Assembly (NCBI GenBank): GCA_964016885.1
Contig: OZ024741.1
Location: 268,398,001-268,462,000, forward strand
Origin: Eledone cirrhosa
Taxonomy: Eukaryota
Direction of reading: 5' to 3'
Length of the DNA stretch: 64,000 nucleotides
In this document: piece by piece, positions 50,001 through 64,000 of the stretch
Position numbering within the stretch: position 1 is the first letter of the stretch
Layout of the letters: every line of letters begins with the position of its first letter
Notes under the pieces: model-generated
The model's input: the letters and a program-made list of their open reading frames with translations, nothing else
Databases searched by the model: none
What the model was told of the DNA's origin: nothing
Translations under genes and position numbers: made by a program

Positions 50001-51309
50001 TATCAATGAAGATGGTGCCTGTGGAGTGGCTAGTGGCAATATACAATTCATTTAGAGTATTAAATATAGTGTTCGTTAATAGGAAGGGTATCCAACTGTA
50101 AAAACTGCTAAACAAAGAAGGACCCTTTAGTTGTGTCAAAGCCATGACAACTGCCGTAGTGTGTTGATTTATTTGATAAATGCCCAAGACAATGTCACTG
50201 GACCGAGATCTTTGGCGCTACACAGTAATAGGGAAGACCCGCCTTACCTAAGTACAAAGTGAAACCTATTACAGTCAGTAGGCACCTCTAACAAAATACA
50301 ACTCCGTCCCACTACCCCCACCCCATCCACACCACCCCTTTCAATGGAAAGTTATGTTGGAACCACAACATCCAGCCCGAAACAAATGAGGTCGTGTAGG
50401 TGTCACGACAAAAAACACACACAGTCCACGCTGTAATGTGGCCGTGTAGGTAACACGGTAAAAACCTCCCAGTTCCACACTGTAAATGTGGTTGGTGTTA
50501 GGAAGGGCATCCAGCCGTAGAAAACCCGCCAGACAGTCCTATGCGAGCAAGACAACCACTCTTGCCTTAAGTGGGAAAACTCCCGTCCAAACCCATGCAA
50601 GCGTGGAATATGGACGTTAAACGATGACGATCATGATGATGATGATGATGACACAGTATACTCTGTAAAGTGGTTGGTGATAGAAAGGGCATGCAGCTAT
50701 AGAAAACTTATCGAATAACGAGTCAGGAAGAATCTTAAGCTGTGTCAAAGACATGACAACTTCCTTAGTGCTAGTTGCATGATAAAATGTACACGGCAAA
50801 GCACAGGAATGAATTATTGTGCGATGCAGTCTCCTGGCCTGTCTGAACACTCAGTACAATACAGGAAAGTATCTAAGTAAAATGTTGGTAATCAAAGAAA
50901 CCTGTTGGGAGATGTGGATGGAACAATACAATAGAATCATTTAATCTTTTTGTTGCCATATTTCCAAAGAAAGACATTGCCAATGATTTTCAAATAATTT
51001 GGAAAATAATTGTGGGGTGGTGGTAGGATTGAGTGATATAACTTTATTATAAAGCTGGTGTTTGAAACATAACTTAACAAATATTCTTATAAAATTATGA
51101 TGGAAGGGTTTTAGATAGATATAAGCACTTTTAAAACAAACAATTTTGTATTATAGAACTAGGGGCAGTTTCATGTGAGTTGGTATCAAGAAGAGTTAAG
51201 ATAAAAAAAAATGTTCCTTTTTTCTCTGTGGTTAGAATATGTGATGATTACAAAATGTGAAGGCCAAAGAGATAAATGCTTTTAGTTTAATGATGTTTTT
51301 TTAATTTTT

Positions 51310-51920
51310 ATTAACTAGGTCTAGAAGAAGGGGCAGTGTCCATGATCTTTGCAGGTCCTCCGAGACTGATGAGATTGGTACCATTGACATGTTGCTGAGG
51401 GCTGCATGAAAGACATGTATAAGGAGGAAATCCCAGAGGACTTGCATTTTTGGGAGAAAGGACTGGGTTTAGTGATGAGTATGGGGCCTGGAAGTATTGG
51501 ACATGAGACGAGATGAAATGAGTAGAGATAAGTGAGTCAGGGCTGCTTGAACTGAAGTGGATTAAGATCAGCCAGCTCTTAGGAGCAGAAGCCTTGTTGT
51601 AGTGATAGAAAAGGCAGTAACCGACTTTATGCCAATCAGTCAAGTAGCCTTTCCCTGGATGCAATCTAGGATGCTCACATGTGTAACAGCAGCACCATCC
51701 TAGATGTGGGAGCAGTGTTCCATTGTGGACCTCACCTGAGCTTTGAGAAGGGTCAGTAATTAGGAGATGAAGTATTTTCTGGCTCTGAATTGGAAAGGCA
51801 GTCTTTCAAATGCAATCTTAGCTCTATTAAGAATGTGTGGTTGTTATGAGAGATCCTCAGTAATTTTCAGGTTTAGCAAATTTTAGTTATGGTGAGGGCT
51901 CTAGTTGCATGCTGCTAATA
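51310..51920 (-). mobile_element. Degenerate CR1/Jockey-group LINE 3' fragment
   Basis: minus LLKAQVRSTMEHCSHI*DGAA...LDCIQGKA, typical of the CR1-group C-terminus. Confidence 0.6.
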
Positions 51921-52568
51921 TTTAACCCGTTAGATACTAACTCGGCCAAAACCGATGCAGGTTCTATGAAACAAAACCACACATTTTAAAGGGTTCTTAT
52001 TCAAATTAGTGAAGGCATGTGGCTGATTGGTTAGAGAACTGGATTCGCAATCGTGAGGTTGTCAGTTCAATTCCTGGACCAGGCGATGCATTATGTCCTT
52101 GAGCAAGACACTTTATTTCACGTTGCTCCTTCTACCTGGAGTTGCGACCGATAGATAGCATTAGCAATTGGAAAGACCAACGGAAACATTGTTTCCTCGG
52201 TCCGATTTGATGAAAGTCGATCGACAAATTTTTTTATTCAAATTAAAATCTTCCAACATAATTTTACTTAAACCATATGTTAAGTTATTTATCTTAGTAA
52301 TGAAATAATTAATTATGTTAGTAAATCCCATTAAATTCTTCATTAATTAATTGAAATATGGTCACAAAAAGTTAAGGGAGAGTGTTTTTTTTTATATGAG
52401 CAGTTGTGTTTTTTTTTTTTGCTGATGAAAGAGACAAGATTGACATGACTCTGCTGGAGGATGCTTTCCAGGTCTCTGTTCATGAAGTCAATGCAGATTT
52501 GGCTTATTTTGGTATTGCAAAGGGATGATACTTGGGTGGTTGAGTGAAATAAGAGAGTAGGTCATTAA

Positions 52569-53123
52569 CCCTTTCGATACTAACCCACCTCAAAACTGGC
52601 TCTGCTTCTATGGAACAAATCTATCCATTGAGAAAGATCAGATTTAAATAAAAATCTTCCAACAGAATTTTATATAAAAACTTTTTTGTTATGTGAAAAA
52701 TACCCTTTCATGACTGCATTTCTAATGAAATACTGTCTATTTTATTTAATTAATGAAGAATTTTAGAGGGATTTATTAAAACTATCAATTATTTCATCAC
52801 TAAGATAGTAACTTAATGTAAGATTCTTATATAGAATTATTTTGGAAGATTTTAATTTAAATTGGAAACTTAGTATATCTGTATGAACGAAGGTAAAACC
52901 AAAGTATTCACCAAGCGTAATTTCAAACTACCAACAAGATCACTACAATGAGACTCCGTATACACTGTCTAATGACAGTTCACTCCAGTTATTATTTATA
53001 GACATTTTGCCTAGTCCACTTTTAGTTACGCTGGGGTGTTTAAGGTTTTTACAGAAACCTTTAAAATAGGTGGTTTATTTTATAGAACTAGAACTGATTT
53101 TGGTCAGGTTGGTAACTAAAGGG
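52569..53123. mobile_element. Larger TTAA-type (piggyBac-like) MITE family; related pieces at 36530-36735, 46447-46893, 51000-51200, 51926
   Basis: TTAA-ccctttcgatactaacc... and ...ggttggtaactaaaggg termini. Confidence 0.5.
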
Positions 53124-53167
53124 TTGATAATTGAAACAATTTTAGTAAATCCTTCCAAATTCTTCTT

Positions 53168-53649
53168 TCATCATCATCATCACCGTTTTACGTCCGTTCT
53201 TCCATGCTAGCATGGGTTAGATGGGTTGTCCTGTTGTGGGCAGTGTCTGGTCGGCTGACCATGCCTTGCTCATACAGGAACTGATTTGGCTTGATTTCTA
53301 CAGCTGGATGCCCTTCCTAACACCAACCTCATTTACAGTGAGTGCTGGGTGCTTTTTCGTGCCGCCTACACGTCCACTTTACAGTGTGGGCTGGGTGCTT
53401 TTTTGCCGTGGTACCTCCACGACCACCTTGCAGTGGGGGGTGTGGGGGCATATTGTCAATATGCTTCAGCTTGTACCCATGGGAGGTCGGGTACTCTGTA
53501 TTACTGCATGACGCCAGAGGTCACGGTCGTGTGTCATCGCCTTTGAGAGGTGTAATTGGGTAAGGTCGGCTTTTATCACCTCATCCCAGGTCATCTTGGG
53601 TCTCCCCACTCCGCGGTTTCCATCGACTTCTAGTGCTCTGCATCTTTTT
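53168..53649 (-). mobile_element. 3' fragment of the same young RTE family as 42014-44780
   Basis: highly similar to 44288-44775 in reverse orientation; shorter piece at 54815-54985. Confidence 0.9.
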
Positions 53650-54391
53650 GATTAATTAATTCAGTGTTAAATACAGTGTATTTTAACAGAAATGTGGTAA
53701 TAAAAGGGTTAAAGAGAGAAAAAGATTTGAAATATTAGAGAATATCACTGTTAAATGCTGTGTCCATGGAACATCTTATAGCATATTTCCAAAGATTGGA
53801 ATGTATCCATGTAAGGAGAAAAAGAGAAAGATTGAAGAGAATTTACTTTGATCTTAAGACAAACTATATGTTGTTGAAAATAGTGGAATGAATTGTCTTG
53901 GCCATATGGAACCTATTTATATTGCTTATCAATATTGTCTAATAATTACTTTTATAGATACTTGGGAAAGAAATGAAGTTCTTGCTCTACATAAACTATT
54001 ATATTTCACTATTAATTGTGTAAAACATTGTGTATGGAATTGAAAAATTTGAAGTTTATTGCCAAGTTAACTGAATTTAATGCTTAACATTGGAATCTGG
54101 TGAGCTACCTCCCATGCTGAAACTACATTTAGATTGAGTATGAATATGGTGAACCATATATATATATATATATATATATGTCGGCTGGAACATGTAATAT
54201 ATATATATACAATAATACATCAGTTAACATTGCCTAGACAAAATGTATCCAAGACCATGTGTAGATATATAGATATAAAGGCACAAGAATAGTGGGACAG
54301 TACAGTAAACAATGAACTTACATGAAGATGGTAAACACTGATCCCTGTTGGCTCATACAATTGCCAGACAAAACGATTGATATTTTGTGTA

Positions 54392-54432
<41 letters not shown>

Positions 54433-54589
54433 CTTAGTTCTAGTCTTAGATTCTTCCTTGCCTTCTGGCGCATTGAGCAGTAAGTAGTCGCCAAGCCACG
54501 ACCAGCTGTGGCTTTTTCACGTCTGCCAAATGATGTTGGCTGCCATCAGGTCTTTTTGGAACATTCGTTATTGTATGTATGTATGTATG

Positions 54590-54652
<63 letters not shown>

Positions 54653-56632
54653 AGGCACATGGCTTAGTGGTTAGAGCATTGGCTTTGCAATCGAAAGGTT
54701 GTGAGTTCAATTCTCAGACCGGGTGATGTGTTGTTTCCTTGAGCAAGACACTTTATTTCACATTGCTCCAGTTTACTCAGCTGTAGAAATGAGATGATAG
54801 GACTGGGGTCCATATCATTCCACTGCAAAGTGGTTGTGGAGGTGCCACGGCAAAAAAGCACCCAGCACTCACTGTAAATGAGGTTGGTGTTAGGAAGGGC
54901 ATCCAGCTGTAGAAATCAAGCCAGAATCGGTTCCCGTCCCACCCTTGCAAGCAGGGAAAATGCGGACGTAAAATGAAATGAATATATATAATGTATACAA
55001 CAAACATCATAATCATCATTAGTTAACTTTTATTTTCCATGCTGGCACAAGTTGGAGTCGGTTCATATTTGGAGTTACTGACCTCCTAGATGGGTTGGAG
55101 AACCACGTGTAGCTCAGATATATCAACTTTTGGCATGGTTTCTATGGTTGGGTGACTTCCGTAATACCAACTATTTTACAGAGTGTACTAAGTGCATTTT
55201 ATAATAGCATCAGCACTAATTTAGGTTGTCATGTCTTCGAAACATGTTGCATGTTGTCCCTGTTTGATCAACCACTTTACAGGGCGTACTGGGTGCATTG
55301 TATCATTGCCAACACCTGAGGGATTGCCTTGTCTCCACATGGCATTCTAGATTGTCTCGTTTTTTTTTTGTGTGGAGTGTAATTCGAAGGCGAGTAATGG
55401 CCAAAAGGTTAAATGAGAAGAGAGTATGAATGTGTGTTAAGTGGGGAAACAGTGATAAGATGGAAAGGAGAAAGAGAGGGTTAATAGCTACATGCTGGTT
55501 GTTGGCAGGAGAGAGGTTGAGCAGTGCGCGTGTGCATATATGTGTTGGTGTAGAATAGATAATTCATTATTTGTTTGATATAAACAAATAAGTTTGGACG
55601 ACTTTATGAATATTTTCCAATTAGCTAAATTTATGTACTGAAAAATAATTCTTTATATTTGAGCAATAGGGGCAGGCATATGTTTAAGGAGTTCGCTTTG
55701 TAACCATGTGGTTGTTGGTTCAGTCTTGCTGTATGACACCTGAAGCAATTATATTCTATAGCCTAAGGTTGACCAATACCTTGTGATTTGAATTTGGCAG
55801 ACGGAAACTACAGAAGCCCACTGTATATACATAAATATATATATGTGTGTGTCCATGTCTATATTTGTCTCTGTTTATGTCCCATAAATCAAGGTTGTAC
55901 TCCAACATGACCACAATCTAATGACTGATAATGGTAAAAAAATAATGTTGTTTTAGACTAATGCTCAATGTATCATATGTAATAATGTCTTGGTTAATGT
56001 CATAGAAGACATGGAGTATGGTCAGTAATATTAAATCTCTGCCATGCATTCAATCATTATAAAATATCTAATGAATTAATCTGTTGGACATAACTAATAA
56101 ATTATTTTGGCTTGGGTTTAGAATATTTAAAAAAAATTCTTAAGTGCAATTACTAGAATTGCTTTTTCTTATAACCAATGTTAGTTAATGTCAAGTTTGT
56201 TAGCACATATGTAAAACCAAAATAACATTTTATAAAGATTACCTAGATCTTTATAGAACACCATATCTGTAGGAATTTAAAGTGTTCTTGTGTGACACAT
56301 TGGTGAAAATTCTCGTAGTCTTGTATTTGAAATATTTTAATTATATCTGAAAAGATTTCATTTAGAAAGTTTAATTTGATAAATTCTTAATCCTATTGTT
56401 TTAGAGCAGTATTATATATTTCAATAAAAGAGATTCTTTTTAATGGTTCTTTTCTAAGCTTTGAAATAGTTACCGTATACACAAGTAAATAAACTGTAGT
56501 TTTTTTACTAAAAAAGATTAGACTTGAAAACCCACACGTGACTTATCTACTGCACCTTGCACTGGGCTTGAAATATTAAATAATTGTTTCTATTTTTGGC
56601 ACAAGCTCAGCAATTATCCCAGTGTATTACTG

Positions 56633-56760
56633 GTGCTTTATTTTATCGACCCCGTAAGGATGAAAGAGCGGAGTTAACCTCGGCGGGATTTGAACTCAGA
56701 CCAAATCCCGTCGAGGTTAACTTCACCTTTCATCCTTACGGGGTCGATAAAATAAAGCAC
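56633..56760. repeat. SINE-derived hairpin (about 60-bp arms, 9-nt loop)
   Basis: gtgctttattttatcgaccccgtaaggatgaaag...gggatttg / caaatccc...ctttcatccttacggggtcgataaaataaagcac. Confidence 0.85.
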
Positions 56761-58018
56761 AATGAAGCCAAAATATAACCACAAAGCTGTGTGAGTTTAT
56801 GAGTATATTTGGTAATAAGAAATGTTTTTTTAACCTTTTTATTCCACTGTAAATCTCATTGGAATTGTTTGTTTTAGAGTAAATCACACCTGCTAGTTCT
56901 ATGTTTTACAAAATGTATGTATAGTCTATATGAACAGATTTGAATATATAAAAATGTGATATATATAAGGTTTTGTTTCTGTTTTAATAATGGGACAAGA
57001 CCTTTTATAATATAATGAATTTTTTCTTATGCTAGTGTTTCATATATAAGTAACTGAAACATGATGGAGATAGACTGAAGACTATATCTGGAGTGAAATA
57101 ATCAAAAATATTTTCTATATTCTAAAAATAATCAAAATTTAGTATATTTGTGATGGGTGTTGTTTTACTGTAGTAAAATTTTGGGAAGCTTTGATGAATC
57201 TATAAAAATAAGATTTTGCGTGTTAGTAAAGCGTTTAGCTTTAAAAGATTAGAAAAAGACTAAATGGCAAACAGTATTAAAAAATAAAGTTCTTACTTTT
57301 GAAGGATGTAGAGAAGATGTCTTGAGATTTAAAGATGGTAAGGTTTCTTTGTTGGTCATAAGCAAACTAGTCAATGGAGCTACACAATTTGGGTCGTGGA
57401 ATGAATGCGCACGCGCAAAAATGTTGGAGAATAAAATTCTGCAAATCTTGTACTATTTCCTATTTTTTGTTACCTACAAATATATTCTTTAAATTAGAAA
57501 AAAAGAATTGGTTTCTGTGTAGATTACATATGTGATCTACCTTTCGGTTACGCTACTTTGGTTGATTGCTTTCAACAAAGTTTGTCGGTAGTGTTGAAGC
57601 TGATTTAAGATTCTAATTCTTTAATAAGATAAACTTATTTTTTTCTATTAGAAGAGAAAAAACATTTAAATTGAAATTGAAGGATGTAGTTGGAAGTTAA
57701 ATCTATTTCCTTTTAATACGTTAAATCTTGATGGAAAACCTTATTTTAGTCTACCATGTTGACATTTGGTAAGAAACACACCTTTACTCAGAAAGATAAA
57801 TGCAGAGTTGAAGGACATAAAGAATTTTAGTTTTATAATAGAAATAATGACCATATGTCACTTTTTTAAAAACCTTATATTAATATAGATGGATTCTTTC
57901 TTACCTGAAATATTTCTGGATATCTAAAAAATACAGTATAACTTCTTCTGTACTCCTAGTAATATTTATATATATATATATATAGATAGAACCACGCACA
58001 TACCCCCCCCCCCTCCCC

Positions 58019-58052
<34 letters not shown>

Positions 58053-58124
58053 GTATGTCCCTAGGTTTTGCTTCAGTGTATAATTAAGAAAAATTGTTTC
58101 TATAAAATCATTTTGTCTTTTCAG

Positions 58125-58250
58125 GAATCTAACGAGTTATCCTAGAATTCCACAGTATAATTCCGTGCTGAGTGTATATTTGCTATATGTGGTATTCCAT
58201 TTGTGCCGGTTGTTTAATCATTATTTGGTTAACTTTTTAAATCAGTGCAG
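58125..58250 (+). other. Candidate internal exon, product unknown
   Basis: acceptor ttttgtcttttcag|G and donor cag|GTACC; 126 bp; one open frame with no recognisable motif. Confidence 0.25.
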
Positions 58251-61200
58251 GTACCCTTGTTACTATTTTCTTAATTGAATGCAAAACTGTAAGGAACAGT
58301 TTTGCGTTACACCTCTAAACACAGCCATATTATCTGCGTGTGCGCATGTCTGTTGAAAGTTACAAATGTCTAAGAGATACTCTAGTTAGTGTTGTTTTTA
58401 ATGATGATGATGATGCTTGATTGGCCTTCTCATATCCCTTTGATAAAAAGTTAGACTTCACACCAACACTGAATAATTACAAACCTATCCCCGTTAGATA
58501 CGTGCATGCATATGTATATTTTATGTGAACTGTTTGCATATACATATGCACACACACCCATTTTACACATACATATACAAACTGATGCACACCTCTATAC
58601 ACACAGATATATACTCACGTATATAAATGTGTCGCTTGCATGCATGCGTGCGCATCTTCATATAAATTTATAAACATGTGCACCTATTTTTGTGTATGTG
58701 TTCTAGATTGTAATTTATATGTATCAGACTACATTGAGATATTAATTAATTTATTCTCAATTAATTGTTTCTTTATAAATTATATGACTGTTCACATAAA
58801 AGCACATTTTGTTTTTGTTTCAGCTGAAATTACTGAAATTATTAAAGTAATATTGTTTAGTTTGTATTGCCGGCATTTTAAGTTTAAAGTTTATGACGGA
58901 ACTTAACGCCAATGAAATAGTTTACAATTTGTTTCAAATTTCTTTACTAGAAGTAAAACTATGCAGTTTCAGTTTTGATCTGCAAAAAAAACAAAAACTT
59001 ATATTAAATCATTTTAAATAGACTGGTAGTTTTGAGACGGAAAACATTTGGAACTGGATAGAAAAAGAAAGAAAAAACCTCATCAAATTTTACAAAATTA
59101 GTTAGAAAATGCTAGTAATGATCAAATTATATAGTTAATTTTTCTGACAACTACGACTACTACTACTTCTATTACCACCACCACTACCACCACTACTATC
59201 AGCCCCCCTCCCCCCCTCCCCTACCACAGCCAAAACCAAATAGTATTATTTGCATAAATGTTTATTTATTTGTTGAGACACACCTCTGTTTATATAGCTA
59301 GTCGTGGTATTTTTAGGCAGATAAAAAGAATGTCAAAGTTATATAGGGTAATTTTATATTTAATTTTATTTGCAACAACTTAATGTCAAATTCTAAACCA
59401 AAGTAATAATACATATGTTGATTAGTTGCGTTCTACGTCAGTTAAACTTGAAAACTTTTCAAATTTACTCTGGACTGAATATATTAAAATAATTGTTGGG
59501 GGGGAAAAAAAGCCCAATGAAAATATCACTACATACTTGGTTTAAACATTGACAAAATTCTGTTGACCTTCCAATCTTCTATAATGGTTAAGCTGTTACA
59601 TCATAGCATGTTTTTTCCTATGTTGGGATGTTGTTAATCTTTCCTCTCATATCTCTCTCTCCTCTCTCTCTCCCCCCTCCCTTTTCTTATTCCTATAATT
59701 GATAGCCTCTTTGCCTGCCTGCTTGCTTTTTATGTACTCAGTGCAGTATGAGTGTAGACTGACATCTGCAACAGGTTATGCTGTCCCCAGCACACAGACA
59801 AGCAGTGAATAGGCACACAGTTCATTTATGTGTATGTGTGTGTGTGTTTTCTATGTGTGTGCGCATGTCTGTGAAATCGGGCTGCAAATTTCTCTTGTTT
59901 ACCTTCATTGTTCCCTATTCTTACCAACAGTCTATGATGTAATATAAATAGACTACTTTACTTATATGTAAATATAAATGGATTTTATTTCTTTTGGTGC
60001 ATGGGCTGTTATATATCACAGACAGAAATTAGATGCCCAGACTTTACAATTGTGTTCTATTTAAAATTTTACCACTGCGTCGCTGTTTTATTCTTTGCTC
60101 TTTCTTTCTTTCTCGGGTGGGTATTACAATTTTAAAACTCGCTGCACCCTTATTTAAAATACGTGTCTGTTATAAATATTTGATATTATCGAAAGACCGA
60201 AATGTTGGTGGATAGTTAATTTAATCTAGTTTGTTGCTTTCTTGTAACTTCTCAACAACCTCTCAAACTATATCGGGTATCTATTTAACTTGAGTCCTTG
60301 TGTTTGAATAAATGGCGTAAGCTAAATACAATTATATTGCATGAGTGGTTTTATTAATTAATACGTATTAAGTAAGAGCAAGAATAAATTAATTTCATCT
60401 CTGCGCAGTTTTTAATTCAGATTAAACAAAATTGTTTTCATATTTTAAAACATAACTAATTACGTTTTGTAATAAATATGTGTTGAAATTCTTCCCGTCA
60501 ATCCTTATAATTCCCTTTACTAAAATGTAAACAAGTATTTGGGTTAACTCTTAACACTTACTCGACTGCACTTTTGTTTACATGTACTACTAGTTAGAAT
60601 TAGTGCAAGGTCACCGTGACCTATGTTCTTGCAAATAATCTCTTTCTCTGCTATCTTGTTTGCATTGTTTACATATGTGGGTGTTATATGTCACGTTGAC
60701 ACGAGCCTCTGTAGGAGACGTGCTGCTCCATTAATTTCTCTACACTGCTTACATGCATGTGATTAGTGTTTTATTACAATGTATATTTATATAATTTCTC
60801 GGTGGTATACTTTCGCTTGTTGTTGCAGCAGCATTACGATGAATGCGTCTGAAATATATTTGCATGCCTTCTGTCCTATAAAATAATCGGGCTGTTGAAT
60901 ATCCCCTTTTTTTCATAGTCTATTTTTCTTTATCTTTCTTTCGTAGAATGTTTTTACTTTATCTTTTGTAGTGTATTTCTTCTTTATTATTATTATTATT
61001 ATTTTTTTACTATAAATTTATAGATTGAAAAGGAATTGTGGATGAATATAGAATTATACAAAAAATGCAGTAAAACAAGTTTGAAAATTAAGGTTACTAT
61101 AAAACCTTCATGTTGATATTTTTTAGCCGGCGAAAGTTTATGCTCTTGATTATTGTATAACAGCTGTTATGTATGGGTAAAAAATTAATTTCTAAATAAT

Positions 61201-62555
61201 GTATACTTTGACCTTTTGATATAAATAGTAAAAATTTTGATTTTAGTAAGATTGTTTTAATTTCTTACAATATACAAGCTATATTGGTATGTACTGAATT
61301 GTTAAAAGTGCTCATACTTACAGAATATTCTGGTAATTTTGCTTCAGTCTTTTATGATTTAATTTCTTGAGGGAAATTTTACCCTGTCTTTGTTTTGTTA
61401 CCGACATGCAAGTGGGGAAAACCCTGTTCAATCAGATATTCCCTTTATCATATACGTATACATAGAGGGCGTGTGGTCATGTGATCATAGGGAATTCCGT
61501 AAATTTCATCGGACATTTTAACAGTTTATTTTCCAACAAGCCTCATCTATATAAACTTGATTCAGTTTTCACATTTCCTGGATATTTTCTCTTTCAATGA
61601 GTAAAAAAAAAACCCCAAACATGTCAAGTAATAATCATACTTATTAATTTTGAAAAATACAGGCAGAGATGACTGAAAATCCTACACAGCTTTAAAAACC
61701 ATTTACCACTACTAACATCTTATATTTTGTTCATTTTATGTAAAGCAATAATAATAATTGTAGACTTGAATGAAAAAAAAACTGAGAATGTAAAAAATGT
61801 ATTTATTGAATAGATTGTTTTATACCTTAATAATGTTAAACTAATAACTTTCATATGTAAAACTGTTAGGCGAACAACATATATAATCTAACACATACAC
61901 ACATATATATATACAGGCACACACACCCACACACACATATATATGATATAGCAAATGTGTGGAGAAATGTGTGTAATGGGGTAATTTTAATGTTTATATT
62001 ATTTGTTCTAATTTGATGTTTTTCTAAACAGATTCAATATAATCTTGTTGTTCAATTGTTTCACTAATGTTTTCTTTTCTCTCTATATACCATATATACG
62101 TTGCACCTTTTCCCACAAAAATACCACATGAAAAACCTGCATGTGACTTATCTACTGGACCTACAAAACCTCGGTTCAGAAAATATGGCACATTGTAAAT
62201 GTTATATGTAAAATGAAGGTGCGGTTTACCAACCAGTACAACTTATACTTGAGTATATACGATAATTCGCATATACGATATTTCGTATATACATGAGTAT
62301 TTACGATATTTTGTATATACATAAGTATTTACGATAGTTGTTTCATGTCATTTTATTTTCCTATTTTATCCATGATTTCAAAATAAGTAGCAGGGCTAAT
62401 CCTCTTATGATGAATATACCTCCTCATCTTGTAAGTAGCAAACCACTCAAATGGTGTTCTAGTAAAGGAAGTATGTTTAGAAAGCAGCGAGCGGAAATTG
62501 AAATAGCTTTTGCCGTAAATTCTTTTTGACTAAATAATATAGCCAAATAGCAGGA

Positions 62556-62591
62556 CATATAAATCCACTGAACGTTCAGTGGATTTATATG
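62556..62591. repeat. Perfect 36-bp palindrome at the centre of a degenerate fold-back (about 62490-62660)
   Basis: catataaatccactgaac|gttcagtggatttatatg with imperfect outer arms. Confidence 0.8.
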
Positions 62592-64000
62592 CCCTATTAT
62601 TAGACTATTTTATTTAGTAAAAAAAAAGTTAAGCAAAACTTTCTATTTTAATTTTCGGTTTTCTAATAGTTGCATCAGTGCTGCACACACAAGACACACA
62701 GCCTACTTACAACTCTGACAGGAAATCAGTCACCATAACCAGCTGGGAGATATTCATTTACAAACAGAAATTATGCAATATAACCATGTAGAAAAAGAAA
62801 AGGATATCATTAAATAATGTATTGAGTGCAACTTCTTGGCTTTGACTAATTTACCCCTACATTTTGGTTCCTTCTAAGAAGAATCAGAATATCATGTTTA
62901 CATCGAGCATCCTTCACACGCTGATAAGTGTAAACAATAACTTCCATTTTATGCCTCATATTGTTCATCTGCATAGATTCTGAAAATCTAATTTTGTTGG
63001 GTACTTTCACACATGTTGCTGTCTTGCCATTCATAACTTTAGCATAAATTTAAACAGTTGCTCTTGATGTCAAAAAGAGTCTTTGTCCCTTTAGAGAATT
63101 TTCCTCATAAAATTTCCCAATTATGATCTCTATTCTAGAATGTTTGTAATATGACACTTCATTGGATTTTTCTCCTCTGACCCCATCTCTTATCATCTCA
63201 GGCGTGTTGCATTCTTCACAATTTCTGCTACATTTATCCTTCTTTACAATAATGACCTACACCTCACATGACCCTTCCAACATAAACCTCAGCAATATGT
63301 CTTATGGTAATAAAAGCTATGATACAGTCTCCCCCATTGCTTTTTACCAACTCTCAACTCAAACCATTTCTCTATAAATGCTAGATGATTTATATCTCTG
63401 ATAATCCTCTTGAAGTTTCCAAACTCTTTTCCATAGCATGGCTTTTCTTCTGTGATAGCTGAACAATCATCCACATATTTATTCTGAACTGCATTAAAAA
63501 CAGAAAGCCTTAATATACCAATAATCTTTAACCTCTATTACCAAAGACCCCTTTTATTTAAATGGATTTCTCCATGGGCCTCTTGTTACATTCACTCCCC
63601 ACTCCATATTGTTATATGGTGTGTATAACAATTGGAAGAGAAAAATGTTAGCATTTAGAGAAGAATGGATATCCAATAGTGTGTGCATATTATGTTTTTA
63701 ACAAAGTAATTAAAATGTTGAACTTAACTTGCAAACCCCCTGTACTATCTTCAAGGATCCCAGCCTTGGAACCCCTTTGCTAAATCTGTCTTCCCTATCT
63801 TTGTTTTCTCTAATCCTCATAATTTGTCAACACCATACCTCTCTGCTAGAATGTGTTTATATCCACTTGTCGTCTCACCATTTAAACCCTATACTAAACA
63901 TGTTACACCATTTTTTACATATTAACAACACACAATTTTGACCCTCAAAAATCAATGTGAATGTGGATTCAGAATCTGTGATAATTTCTCTTGTCAACCT

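Noticed and set aside
52909-53038. Small MITE with about 14-bp TIRs (caccaagcgtaatt / agttacgctggggtg)
   Set aside because: Imperfect TIRs, no clear TSD, single copy in the window.
54180-54395. Another (TA)n-flanked element with an atgaaga...ttgcca hammerhead-like trace
   Set aside because: Core too degenerate (no CUGA, no GAAA) to call.
54651-54725. tRNA gene
   Set aside because: The tRNA-like head continues into the SINE core and the cloverleaf is imperfect; it is a SINE (same at 16183 and 52011).
62840-63620. KYVDD-containing minus-strand stretch as an RT gene
   Set aside because: Other RT motifs are not recoverable; at best a very old LINE relic.

Overview
AT-rich, repeat-dominated animal genomic DNA. 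The SINE/LINE repertoire suggests an octopus or other coleoid cephalopod; this is an inference from recalled repeat motifs, not a database hit. No host protein-coding exon could be identified with confidence. 1-8.8 kb is a nest of non-LTR retroelements strung on (AAT)n tracts: two R4/Dong-like RLE elements, two Tx1/L1-like elements, tRNA-SINEs and a CR1-group 3' end. The window also holds an apparently intact DD37D (maT) Tc1/mariner element (18606-19913), a young 5'-truncated RTE LINE (42014-44780) with many older RTE fragments, and a solo LTR with a 4-bp TSD (31023-31741). TTAA- and TA-type MITEs are scattered, and a CCAAT-box promoter with a probable non-coding first exon lies at about 29.67-29.83 kb. 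The most striking signal is a dense cluster (about 11.8-33.9 kb) of short fold-back elements embedded in (TA)n. Several carry complete minimal type-I hammerhead ribozyme motifs (CUGANGA...GAAA...UH, pairable stems I/II, short self-complementary stem III), sometimes on both strands. They most likely represent several families of Penelope-like pseudo-LTR or retrozyme-type non-autonomous elements. All coordinates and pairings were read by eye.
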